From Camelus ferus (lineage: Eukaryota): a DNA stretch of 64,000 bases. The DNA is taken from positions 71,178,001-71,242,000 of the forward strand of contig NC_045697.1 in assembly GCF_009834535.1 (NCBI RefSeq), written 5' to 3'. Under the pieces are notes generated by a model. It worked only from the letters and a program-made list of their open reading frames with translations. It searched no databases and was not told the origin of the DNA. The position numbers and the translations under genes were made by a program. Of this stretch, positions 53,661 through 64,000 are shown piece after piece (the stretch's first letter is position 1; each line of letters starts with the position of its first letter).

Positions 53661-54456
53661 TGGTCTCAGTGAAACAAAAGTGTGCAGGTTACAGGGTAAT
53701 TTGGTTTGTTTAGACTTTTTGTTACATGAAATTGTGTTGGCTATGGATGAGAAATGGTCCAAAAGAAACTTTTTTTTGCCACAACTTTCTGAAATTCTTA
53801 AGTTGTTTAGGCTATACACAGCTAGGTTTTAAACGAATCAAATGTAATAATGACAATGTAGCAAAACATACAGTATCCAACTCAGGTAGGAAAACAAACT
53901 TCTGTTTGTATTTAAAAGTCTTTTTTCCTTTTTCCATCCTTCCATAACTTCGTTTTAATTTTACAGAACAAAATAATCATCTTTTTCTCAGTCAGTGAAA
54001 ATGCTTCTATCCAACAAAGCAGCTTGCCAGTTGTCAAGGGTGTTTCTTCCTGGACTAAGTTCCCAAATGACAAACCAGGAGGAGGGAAACAGGAGGAACA
54101 GAAATTGTGTTCAACACACACTGAGGTAGATCTTAGAGAGCCGATAAGTACATCTTCACGGGTCTTTCCATATCTACAAATACTGATATTTATCTTGGAG
54201 AGCCCTCTACCCCATATCGTTTCCTGGGAAGAGCTAGTACAGAATAACAAGAAAATTTTATTATCTTCTCATCTATGACCAGTTTAAGCGTGACCTGGAG
54301 TTATTCTCTCTCAGCATAGGTAAGCCCAGTACCAAAATCATTTAAACTTGGCTTAACTGCGAAAACCTATTTTGGAGGGGAGTGCTTTTAACAGTCTCCA
54401 CACTGATAACCACTTCACATACATCTGGTGGCAGCAAAGCCAGAGCTAGGTGGTGA

Positions 54457-54582
54457 CAGTTAATGGCCCTAATTCTGAAGGCTAGTGAGAGGCCAAATTT
54501 GGAGTAATGAGGTTATACCAGAGGGCTACTGACAAATGACTGGGGGAAGTATGGACAAAATAATTTTTAAATAAAATATATT
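54457..54582 (-). repeat. Right arm of a long-range inverted repeat (pairs with 51293-51416)
   Basis: 'cagttaatggccctaattctgaag..gagaggccaaatttggagtaatgag..cagagggctactgacaaatgac..agtatggacaaaataatttttaaataaaata' is the reverse complement of the left arm. Confidence 0.95.
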
Positions 54583-56134
54583 TTAAAAATTTCTATCTTA
54601 TCTGTGAAAACCAGAAGATGGCGAAGATTAGGATGGGAGGAGTGTGATGGAGAGAACTCATCGGAATGCAGTGAAGAACTTACATCTCTGAGGTATGTGT
54701 CTAGAGCTCTTCCCAGATGGCTGCATCAAGTGGGAAAGAACACATGGAAACGCAAGCCCTGAATTCCCCACGACCTGTGCTAAAGGAAGGGTATGCAGCA
54801 CATGCTCCGTGGTCGGACTGACTTCTGGGCTTCTGGTGTCCTCCCATGCAGAGTTAGTGTCTGACTCAAACTTGCTCTGGATGCTTCTCCCTGACCCCCA
54901 TTCCTTCTCTCATCTGTTTGTTTTGCACCCCCAATAATTTTCGTGTCAATGTATGTTGGCACTTAGCACGTTAGCAAGCTTCCCTTCCTGAGACTGCAGG
55001 GGTATAAACAAAGCAAGCCTCCCATTCCCCTCACTCCAGAAACAGGACAGGTCTGCAGAGCAGACAAACCTGTTCCCAGGGGCGTCCTCAACACATTGAT
55101 CTTAGGCTTCTAAACACCTCCTTAAACTCGGACTTCCATAGAATCAGCTGTCTTCTTAGGAACTGTCTTTCCTTTCCGCTGGTTTTTGACTTACCTGGGT
55201 CAAGTATTATTTGGTTCAAATGCATTCAGTAAGAAGTAGTGGTCTGTGTAAGTCCATATGACACAAATATCACATGCTCCTTCAAAACTCTTTCTTCAAG
55301 CTTGAAAAATCAAAACCTGCACTACTCAGATTTTACACAAATTTTTAGCCTTACCATTTTATATAAAAAAAAAAATTTTTTCAAAAAACACTTGAATTGC
55401 AAAGGGATGGTTTTCAAATACCCAGGTTTAATATTTAACTGACCAATAGGACCAATCAGACAAGCATCTGGTCCTAACATGGCAACTCATTTTGTGGCTA
55501 GAGGTTGCACAACACCTAAGTCTTGGTTTCCTTACCTGTAAAAAGAGAACACTGACTAATATATTCATATTGTGGCCTTTAGCTGCAATGTTCAATTCTT
55601 TCCTTCCACACCATGTTATAAATTAGTCTCCCAGTTTAGAAAGTTTTATCAACATATAGTCGAATTATTTTAATTTGTAATAAAAAAGGTAAACAGACAG
55701 GTGCCATATGAGTGAATTAACAAAACTGGAGTATTTTAAATTTAGAAAATGAATGCTTGCAGAGTAAAATGATTTAAGCAAGGTAGCAGACAATTCTGAA
55801 GACTGCTGTCTGGCTCCTACTTCCTTCTCCCACCACCAGCAGCACACCTACACCTGTACTGTAATTCTTCAGCCCAACCTACAGCTGACTGATTTGAGGG
55901 TAGACACTAGACCCAAGCTAAGACAAACAGACTGTCTCTCCCCGGAAGTTGTCATTTTGATCTGATAAACATAGTCTGGGAGCATCTGAATCATGGTAAC
56001 AGCAACTCTAAAGAGTCTAGCATTCCTGCTTTTAGAGATCCCAAAGCAGTCCTGAGTCCCTAAGGCCACCCTTAGCTCCTCCCCAACCTTCTTAAGATTA
56101 ATGGCTGTTATTCCAAGGATTCCTTTAAACACTG

Positions 56135-56310
56135 AAAGTTTTTAATTTAAAGTAATTAAACCTAAATACAATTTAAAATCCAAGTCCTTAGTTGAACTGG
56201 CCACATTTCGAACACTCAATAGTCCCATATGGCTACAGGCTACCATATCGGACAGCCCAGATTTAGAGAACATTTCCATCATCAAAGAAAGTTCTATTAA
56301 ATAATGCTGC
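56135..56310. mobile_element. hAT-Charlie MITE (MER3/MER33-like)
   Basis: 'actggccacatttcgaacactcaatagtcccatatggctacaggctaccatatcggacagc...acatttccatcatcaaagaaagttctatt'. Confidence 0.85.
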
Positions 56311-56789
56311 CCCAGACCATTTTAATTAACTTCCTTTTTGTTTAAGCTGCTAAAATCAGAATTTGTTTTGTTTTATGTGAATGTGCTTTATACTTGCACC
56401 CATAAAAGTCTTCATAGGAGGCATAATGATACGTTATGGAAATTCTGTCAAGGCTACACTTAAGGGTTTTGAGTCTTGGAGTGAATGTCACTTCAAAAGT
56501 CAAAGTTTACTCACATCACTCCTGGACTTCTCCTGGTCATGGAATCATAGAATTTAAGAACTTGGGAAAAACTCAGCAAATATCTAATTCGATTTCTTAT
56601 TTTTCATACATGAAGAAATAAAGACCCAGAAAACTTGTAACTTGCTTTCATTTCTAAACAGCATTTAAATTTGGTTTCATAGGTTAAGACAAGATAAATA
56701 ACAACTAAACTGTAACATACAACGTAACTCTGCAAATCTTATGATTACACAAGTAACCAGGCATGAAGTTTAAATATTTATTTACTCAC

Positions 56790-56909
56790 CAAGCTGTTAC
56801 TACACCGACTTCTTCCCACTCCCCCCGCCATGTCTTTTTTTTTTTCATTTATTTTGTAAGGTACATTCACCATGGTTACCATTGTTTTCAATGGCGTAGT
56901 TCCCCGTAT
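56790..56909 (-). other. Candidate 120-nt cassette exon of an unidentified host transcript
   Basis: Acceptor 'gttttctgtgccttttag|ATACGG' and donor 'TTG|gtgagt'. Frame 0 is open (IRGTTPLKTMVTMVNVPYKINEKKKDMAGGVGRSRCSNSL) but the peptide is not recognised. Confidence 0.3.
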
Positions 56910-57949
56910 CTAAAAGGCACAGAAAACATTCTGTACTTTCAAATCAGGGAGCAAATACAATTTTTATTGTAATTTTTATTTTTCACTAGAACCTTTATGT
57001 TCACATCTACCACATGATTAGTCATCCGTACAGATTGAAATCTGGACAGCTGGAGATGTTTTTATTCAGTTGCTTTTAACAAACAGTAACCAAACGTCAT
57101 TTAAAATATGTGGGTTAAAATGTCATACCTATGCATCAATAGACATAAACTTGCTAAAGCAAGTTCTCTCGGCATCTCAATAAAGCAACATGTCCTTCCT
57201 AATCAAAAGAAAAACAAAAACAAAAACAAAAGCAAAAAAACCCTTCAAATCACAAATCCGAACACTGATAGTAGACAAGGCCTAGTGTCTACCGATGCTT
57301 CACCATACTCAACTGTCTCCCATCCGACTGCTGTGAAATCTGTAATCTCCCACCCAGCAGAGAGAGAATTTACAGGTTGCTCTCAGGTAAATACAGAATG
57401 AAGTATTCCTGCAATATTCATTTTGCCATAAAAGATTGTTTTTAAACAATTCTTATACTGGATCTGCTTCTCAGAAGTCAAGTGTTGTCAAGTGTTGGAA
57501 GAGTTGATGACCTTCCGACCACCTTTTCTATTAAAGATAAACAATTCATGTATTTTCCCATATACAGATTTGCATCTACTCTGACTAGCTGATAAAGAAA
57601 TGGAGTAAAAGGAGTACGACCCCTGCACAGATCAAATCACTGCAGATCTGTGTTTCTGTATGGCCTTCCCCTCTTAGGTTTAAACAGATGAATGTTTCCC
57701 CCTGCTAATACCACATCACATAAACCAATGTTCCAAATTTTCTGGAACAATGATACACATTTCAAAGAATTAATTAACAATACTATTTCCTTTTCCCTTC
57801 CCTTTCAAATGCCAGAGTGGTGTGTGTGTGTGTGCGCGCACAAATACATATATATAAATATATACATTTACATACAGAAAATATATGTCTGCATATACAC
57901 ACATACATATGTTTCACAGTTTTCTAACATGCAGGGGTGTTGTCCATTC

Positions 57950-58900
57950 CTATCTTGGTATAACAGCTCTCTCAAGACCACGGAACATGACCCACAAAGT
58001 CAACCGGCGGAGGTCCTGAACTTAGCGGCGGCTGCTGTGAATCACGCCATTAATCAGCGGTGGCGCGAATCATCGGAAGGCAGTCCAGGGAGCACAGACC
58101 AAGAACTCGCAGCCTTTCAGCAACGGGTTTAGCAGACAACTTACCCAACAAAAACAAAAAAGCAAAACAGCATAAACTCCAGTACCTAAACTGCACAGCT
58201 AAAGCATGTGCTCTGTAGAGAAAAATGTACAAAAGCCAACAAATACATCTTCAAGCAAATACACACAAACGCCAACCACGATCTTGGCATAGCTTTCACT
58301 CAGACACCTGACACCTATGAAACACTGCATACTCCATGGAGGGGATCACAAATTAGTCAGGTCATAAAGTTTTGCACCTGGAAATATTTACTATACTAAA
58401 AAGTTACCAAGAAGGTAGAAAAATCACGGTGTCTTAGGCACAGAGGTTAAAGAGGTGATTATTTTAATAAAAGTCAAATCACTGATTAAAAAAAATAAAC
58501 TTGCTTACATAGTAGAAGGGGCTCTTGAACCAAACTCACAGCATCTGCAGGCCCTAGTTTCATTTCAAAACGGAACTCTATACACGCTACAGGTTTCTCT
58601 AGATGCAGAATTTTGCCAAAGGGTTTATTTTAACCACCCCTCCCATACTGATTTAGTTACACCAAAGCAATAAAAAAATTAAGTATAAGCAATTCAGCTT
58701 CAGCAGTCCCAGTCAGCTATGACAAGCCAGTAAGGGGGATATGGAGACCTACAAAAGGAACCCGGCCCTTTAACAAGGTCTGAGTAAGCGGGTCCGCTGT
58801 CACCTGTGACAGGGTCCGGCCTCTCTGGGAGGAGAGTGCATTAGCTACAGGAGCCTAGGGTCAGTTTTCAACAGCTGGGACTCGAGCCTTTAGGCTTTTA
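57950..58900. promoter_or_regulatory. CpG-retaining, repeat-free putative enhancer or alternative promoter
   Basis: Local CpG clusters (58000-58130, 58760-58885) in an otherwise CpG-depleted window, with palindromic TF-like motifs. Confidence 0.4.
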
Positions 58901-59233
58901 AAAGTCATTGGTAATTTATTTTTCTAGTGGAAAACATATATTCTCCAGCAAGTTTTAGGATGTAGACAGGGGAAAAAAGATGTGTGTGTGTATAATATTA
59001 ATATATTTCTTCTCTTAAAGTAAAAGAAAAAAGTACTTCAAGTCTATGTTTACTAAACATTTAACATTTCAAGATTAAATTAAAAGGTCATTCTCAAATC
59101 CATATATCATTTCTCAAACCCAACAACCGGGGGTGGGGGGGGGACTACCAGCAGAAATAGCTAAGCCAATTTATCTTGTTTTACTACAGTTTAAATTTTT
59201 GCGAATAGCCATCAGCTTTACATCTCTGGTGAC

Positions 59234-59320
59234 TTTCTTTTTTAATGGAGGTACTGGGGATTGAACCAGGACCTCACGCATGCTAAGCATGTGCTCTACC
59301 ACTGAACTATCACTGTCCCC
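59234..59320 (-). mobile_element. Short tRNA-derived SINE (vic-1 type, head only)
   Basis: 'ttaatggaggtactggggattgaaccaggacctcacgcatgctaagcatgtgctctaccactgaactat'. Confidence 0.9.
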
Positions 59321-59731
59321 CATCCTCATTACTTTAAAGACATTTAAATATGCTTAAGTATTAGAAACATTAGAAATGTGACTGAAAAGTCACATTTTTC
59401 TAGACTCCTTTTAACATATACATTCAGCGCTGAACCACCAAAAGAAATAGAAATGAGAGTCTTGAGAAAGAACTGATGATCTTCTTGACAGAGATCTTGT
59501 TTTGAAAATAGTCAGCATGGAAACACAAGGTTCTGATAAAAACAGTGGCCAAAAAAAGTCTAATTTTCTTAGAATGTAGTCCAGCCCTTCGTGTGGGAGT
59601 ATGAAGCACAGGTGCCCTGGACAGCCTGTCTTCTGCTCCTAGTCAATTCTAGAGTCTTCTGCTTAAAGGACCCATCATTCCACACCCAGGGCAAGCAAGA
59701 GGCTTACCATTTCAATTAGTACAGGCACAGA

Positions 59732-59797
<66 letters not shown>
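59732..59797. repeat. (ATT)22 microsatellite
   Basis: Perfect trinucleotide run of 66 bp. Confidence 0.95.
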
Positions 59798-60914
59798 GAT
59801 TTATTTATTTTGCTTTTCCAAGATATAGGGATCGTGTGGCATAAAAAAATAAATATATAATAGAGCTAGTTGTCTATTAACTTTTTAAACCAATGTGGGG
59901 AAAGTGCCTAAACACATTTTCGGTAAATTTGTCCCAAGACAAACTTGAAAGTTATCTTGCTAATCAATGGTTGGTAACTTAAGTTCTAAGTAATCTCAAA
60001 AAAGGCCAATGAGAAAAACAGTTCCAAGAGCCCAGTTCCAGCCGCCTAATACCTTTTTTTCCCTCCTTGCCTGGACTTTCGAAGTCAGACAGGTTGAGGA
60101 GATGGTCACCTTCAAGAAAGCCCTTTGCCCTGCCAGGCGAAAGTCATGCCAGCAACCAAAGTAGAATCTGATATAAAAATAGGAGCCGAAGGAATCCAGG
60201 GGAAGCAAAGCACATGGTGTGGCCAGAAGTTCTGAGGGCCAACAGTGCAAAAGAGGCAACAGAAGCTTATGGCTACATCTCAAGGAGCTACAGAATTCAC
60301 CTCTCCAACCACATGAATCAGTGAATTAATAAACCACTGAGGTGGCCAGGTGTTAGGCTGAAAAACTGAAGTGCATAGAATGTTTGGTGTTGCAGGGCTA
60401 CACATAAAGGACATTAATCTTCCCCTTTTTTACATGTCAGTTTATACATAAAGGCCATTTAGTTTACTGAGGTAAAATAATGGTTACTCACCTTCTCCCT
60501 GGAAAAAGAGACTGCAAGGCTGTCAACACAAAATACTAAATATGAAATTAATACCATTTAACATCAATATAGGACACTAAATTTGACATTCATCACTCTT
60601 ATGTCACCTCAATTTTTAGGTACCCAAGGTCAAACAAATTCATAGATAACAATATTTTTAAAAAGGATGAAAGGGGCATATCAAAATAGTGCTACCAAAA
60701 GCAGAAATAAATTTAAGGGGTATACAGGAGTCAAAAGCATGCTAGTCACAAAGGCATGATGATGACTGTGAGGTAGTAAAAATATTACTTGTATATTTAA
60801 AAAAATAAAGGAAGCAGCTGTCTAAACATTTTAGCTTTTTTTCCCAAAAATGTTTATACGCTGTTCTGAGGATAGAAATAATCCAAGCTGAGGCAATGTT
60901 TTAACCCATTAGAT

Positions 60915-60916
<2 letters not shown>

Positions 60917-60960
<44 letters not shown>
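60917..60960. repeat. (CA)22 microsatellite
   Basis: Perfect dinucleotide run of 44 bp. Confidence 0.95.
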
Positions 60961-60963
<3 letters not shown>

Positions 60964-61339
60964 ACAATCACACACAATAGAGTGCCTTGTGTCCCCTCCT
61001 CCTTCCCCTTTTTGATTTGAGGCATTTCCTCTCAACTTGGCTGCAAAAAGGAAATCCTGAAAGTGAGGGTCAGTCATCAACAAATATGTCACTCCCCAGT
61101 GGTGCAAGATAAGACTAAAAAACTAAGCTCTTACCTGCTGGCTTCAATTTTTTAAAAAAAGGAAAATGACACAGGCATGCTATCTTTTACAAACCACCAT
61201 TATAAATTTAATGCCAATCCTATTCTATTAAAAAGATAGATCCACATTAAAATATACCTATGAAGCACAATTACAACAAAAAGAGCTCCAATCTAGAAGC
61301 TGCATTTCTACTTTCATATTTCCTTCATCTTTATATGTC

Positions 61340-62290
61340 AAAATACCTATTGGTTGCATAGATGTAATCATGGTTCCCTTATCATTTTGTATGCTGTATC
61401 TTCACTTAATAGTTCATTACAATCATTTCCATATGCCCCACATATTTATAGTTATAATTTCACTAAGAATTCCATAATATTCCACAAATTTAATAAGCTA
61501 TTTATTCACTTGGTTACTTATTTCTACACTGTCTTCTTACAGAAGAGGCTATCATTTTAAATAGTGGAATCACTGTCATTTGGGGTGGATGATCATAATT
61601 TCGATTATTCTGTTGTGGACACTCAGGGTGTTCCCAATAATTTTTTTCCCATTGTATCGAAACCTGCAACAAGCAACTTCATGTAATACAGTTTCCTTTC
61701 TCAGTTGAATCATTTCTTCCTAATGAATCAAAGGTTGTAAACAATTTTAATTTATTTTTAATATTTTTAAAAATTTTAATTTAATTTTATTTTTTGTGTA
61801 GGGGGGAGGTAATCAGGTTTATTTATTTTTTAGAGGAGTACTGGGGATTGAACCCAGGATCTTGTGCATGCTAGGCATGCACTCTACCACTGAGCTATAC
61901 CCTTCCCCATAAACAATTTTTAGTAACTATAATGCCTGACTGCTTTACACAATGTTCATATCTATTTATAATATCAGGAATGGTTAAAGTAAAGCAAAAT
62001 ATCCAGCAATTATTTCAGTATTGAGACAGCTCTGTAGTCAATTTTTTAAATGCTCTTAATTTTTTTCCACTTTTTAGGAATTAAATAAATAATGCATACT
62101 TCTAGATAGATTTTGAACACACATTCGCCAGAGTCTAAAGTGAAATCAATATTCTCCCAACTCCTAAAACCGACTCTCTGATATGAGGACTGTTAACAAT
62201 TTGGAGTATATCTTTTCACACCTTTTCTTTTGTATATATAACCATGTATGTACATATGTAGGACTTTTAAACTTTTCTTTCATTTTAGAA
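61340..62290 (-). mobile_element. Old L1ME-type LINE-1 3' fragments (interrupted by a SINE)
   Basis: 'ttctgttgtggacactcagggtgttccca', 'actgttaacaatttggagtatatcttttcacaccttttc'. Confidence 0.55.
61745..61908 (-). mobile_element. tRNA-derived SINE (vic-1 type) with clean TSD
   Basis: 'gaggagtactggggattgaacccaggatcttgtgcatgctaggcatgcactctaccactgagctatacccttcccc'. TSD 'taaacaatttt' at 61738 and 61910. Confidence 0.92.
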
Positions 62291-62999
62291 CACTAAATTT
62301 CTCCCTGTCTTCAAGTATGAGCTTATAATGTGGCCTCTATGCCTTTTGTAATACAACTCTTACTTAAATATCACTTGATTCCAGTTATACATTCAGTATA
62401 GCAACATCACTAAGTGTTGTAGCAATTTTCAGTGAACTATCACTCATGGATAACCTAAAACAATAGATAATCCCCAAATTTTAAACACTGGGGTTTGTGT
62501 GTGTATGTGTGTGTATCAGAATTACCTTCCTAACTACGTTTAAGATCACTAATAAAATGGCCTTGCATGCCCTAAGATCACGTTGCTAGGGCGGTTCAAG
62601 GAAATGTTTAAGAAGGAAGCTAGCCTGACATCAGAAACGTGTGACCCACATGTGGATAACCAAGACTGCAGAATACCAACACTGTTCCTAACAAGACAAA
62701 AGAGTGACGGACAATTTCGAAAGAAATGAGAAACACAGAGTTACAAGTCAGCAAAAGCTCATAAGGCTTGCCAGGAAGAAACTAGCAAAAATCTTGGAAA
62801 GAGTGGTTTCTCTAAAGGGTATAACTGTATTACTAATTTGATTAAACCATAAGACACCCTCTGTAAGGAACATCACTTCTGTCATTTCTGTATCAGTTTG
62901 CCTGGTGCATTCACAGCAGTTTCCTGTGGTGATCCATGCCTGTCATCAGCCATACAATCGAGGTGGAATTGCCACCCAAATTAAACATCCCTCCCGCAT

Positions 63000-63340
63000 C
63001 TGCTATCCCATTGCTATGTTTATTTTTAACAATACTTATCACTTACTGCTGTTTTCTTGTTTACTTACTTAATATATGTCTTCTCCCACATGAATGTAAG
63101 CTTAAGAAAGGGCACTGTCTCTTTATTCCTTCATTCATACCAAAGAATATTTATTGAGCACCTACGTATGCTAGAAAAGGGTATAGAGTATTGAAAACAG
63201 GTAAAAATGTGTGCCCTGGTGAAACTCACATTCTAACAAGAAGAGAAAGACAATCCACTAGGAGCGTAAAATATAGAGTGTGTTAGAAGGTAATGTGTGC
63301 TGTGGAGAAAAATGAAAGAAGGAAGGAACACAGAGAATGC
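63000..63340. mobile_element. Two L2 3' fragments in opposite orientation
   Basis: + piece 'tgtcttctcccacatgaatgtaagcttaagaaagggca' abuts - piece 'ttcattcataccaaagaatatttattgagcacctacgtatgc'. Confidence 0.75.
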
Positions 63341-63399
63341 CCGCACTGAGAGTGGAGGTGCACGGTTGCAACTGAAATACCATCTCCAGCACCTAAAAG

Positions 63400-63770
63400 A
63401 GAACATGCAGACAGTGGATGAATACTGGCCCATGTAATAAGCCTGTCTGGCAAAAGCCAAAGAGCATAGCCCAACTCCCCGGAAACAGTGATTCGCTTTG
63501 AAACATGCGGATAACAAGACCAGAGTCACTCAGACACAAGAGACACTGGAGCAGGCAAGCACCACTGTATTTGGTGCGAACATGTAAGATTTGGAGCGAC
63601 TGTAGCCATTTTGCAATCATGAAAATAAAGCCATCAAGGTAGAAAGGCAGAGCCTAAGAGAGCAAAGGTACCAGCACTGGTGACATCATTTGACCGTCTG
63701 GTTCAATTGATTTCCAAAGATCTGACCATTGACTGGGCAATGCAGTTGCTTCAGGCAAGAAGAGCCTCGG
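63400..63770 (+). mobile_element. MaLR LTR fragment (MLT1J/K-like)
   Basis: 'catgtaagatttggagcgactgtagccattttgcaatcatga...ggtgacatcatttgaccgtctggttcaa'. Confidence 0.65.
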
Positions 63771-64000
63771 AGAAGTTGATTCTATGTTCTCCCTTCTCCA
63801 GTCTTTTACCACTGAATAGAGCTTGTGTTTTATCAAAAAATAAAAATTTTAAAAAAATTAATGAGCTTCTAAATCAACTATATCAGCTCTTCTATGTGGA
63901 GAGAAACAACTTGCTTTGCTTTCACTAACAGGATTTCTCCTAGTGGCCATTTCCTCATTTGGAAAAGTTAGAGTCACTGTTGTGATGTTGTTTCATCCAC

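Noticed and set aside
57692..58132. 146-aa ORF
   Set aside because: Runs through TG/TA low-complexity repeats and resembles no protein I know. Its openness is explained by local composition.
59484..59536. C/D box snoRNA (TGATGA ... CTGA)
   Set aside because: Only ~53 nt between the boxes, no terminal stem and no recognisable rRNA or snRNA guide.
1..64000. Prokaryote-type systems (CRISPR arrays, operons, prophage, defence islands)
   Set aside because: The sequence is mammalian, with no regularly spaced repeat-spacer arrays and no dense long ORFs.

Overview
Mammalian genomic DNA, AT-rich and CpG-depleted, most likely from a camelid (alpaca, camel or llama): it carries six copies of a tRNA-Ala-derived SINE of the camelid vic-1 type and artiodactyl-type L1 3' ends. 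I recognise no host protein-coding exon. The only ORF with a recognisable product (3138-3563) is a fragment of LINE-1 ORF2p. The window reads as the interior of a large intron or intergenic space. By eye the + strand is A/C-rich, which would fit a host gene on the - strand, but I cannot name it. Much of the window is old repeats (L2, MIR, L1M, hAT MITEs, ERVL/MaLR LTRs). The most unusual feature is a ~125-bp, ~93%-identical inverted repeat not recognisable as a transposon (51293-51416 / 54457-54582). It encloses 3 kb containing an ancient L2, a probable solo LTR, local hairpins and a candidate 75-nt exon with stops in all frames, and is a candidate long-range RNA duplex. A repeat-poor, CpG-retaining block at ~56.7-59.2 kb with splice signals looks like a regulatory or alternative-promoter region. 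Repeat family names come from recalled consensus sequences and boundaries are approximate.
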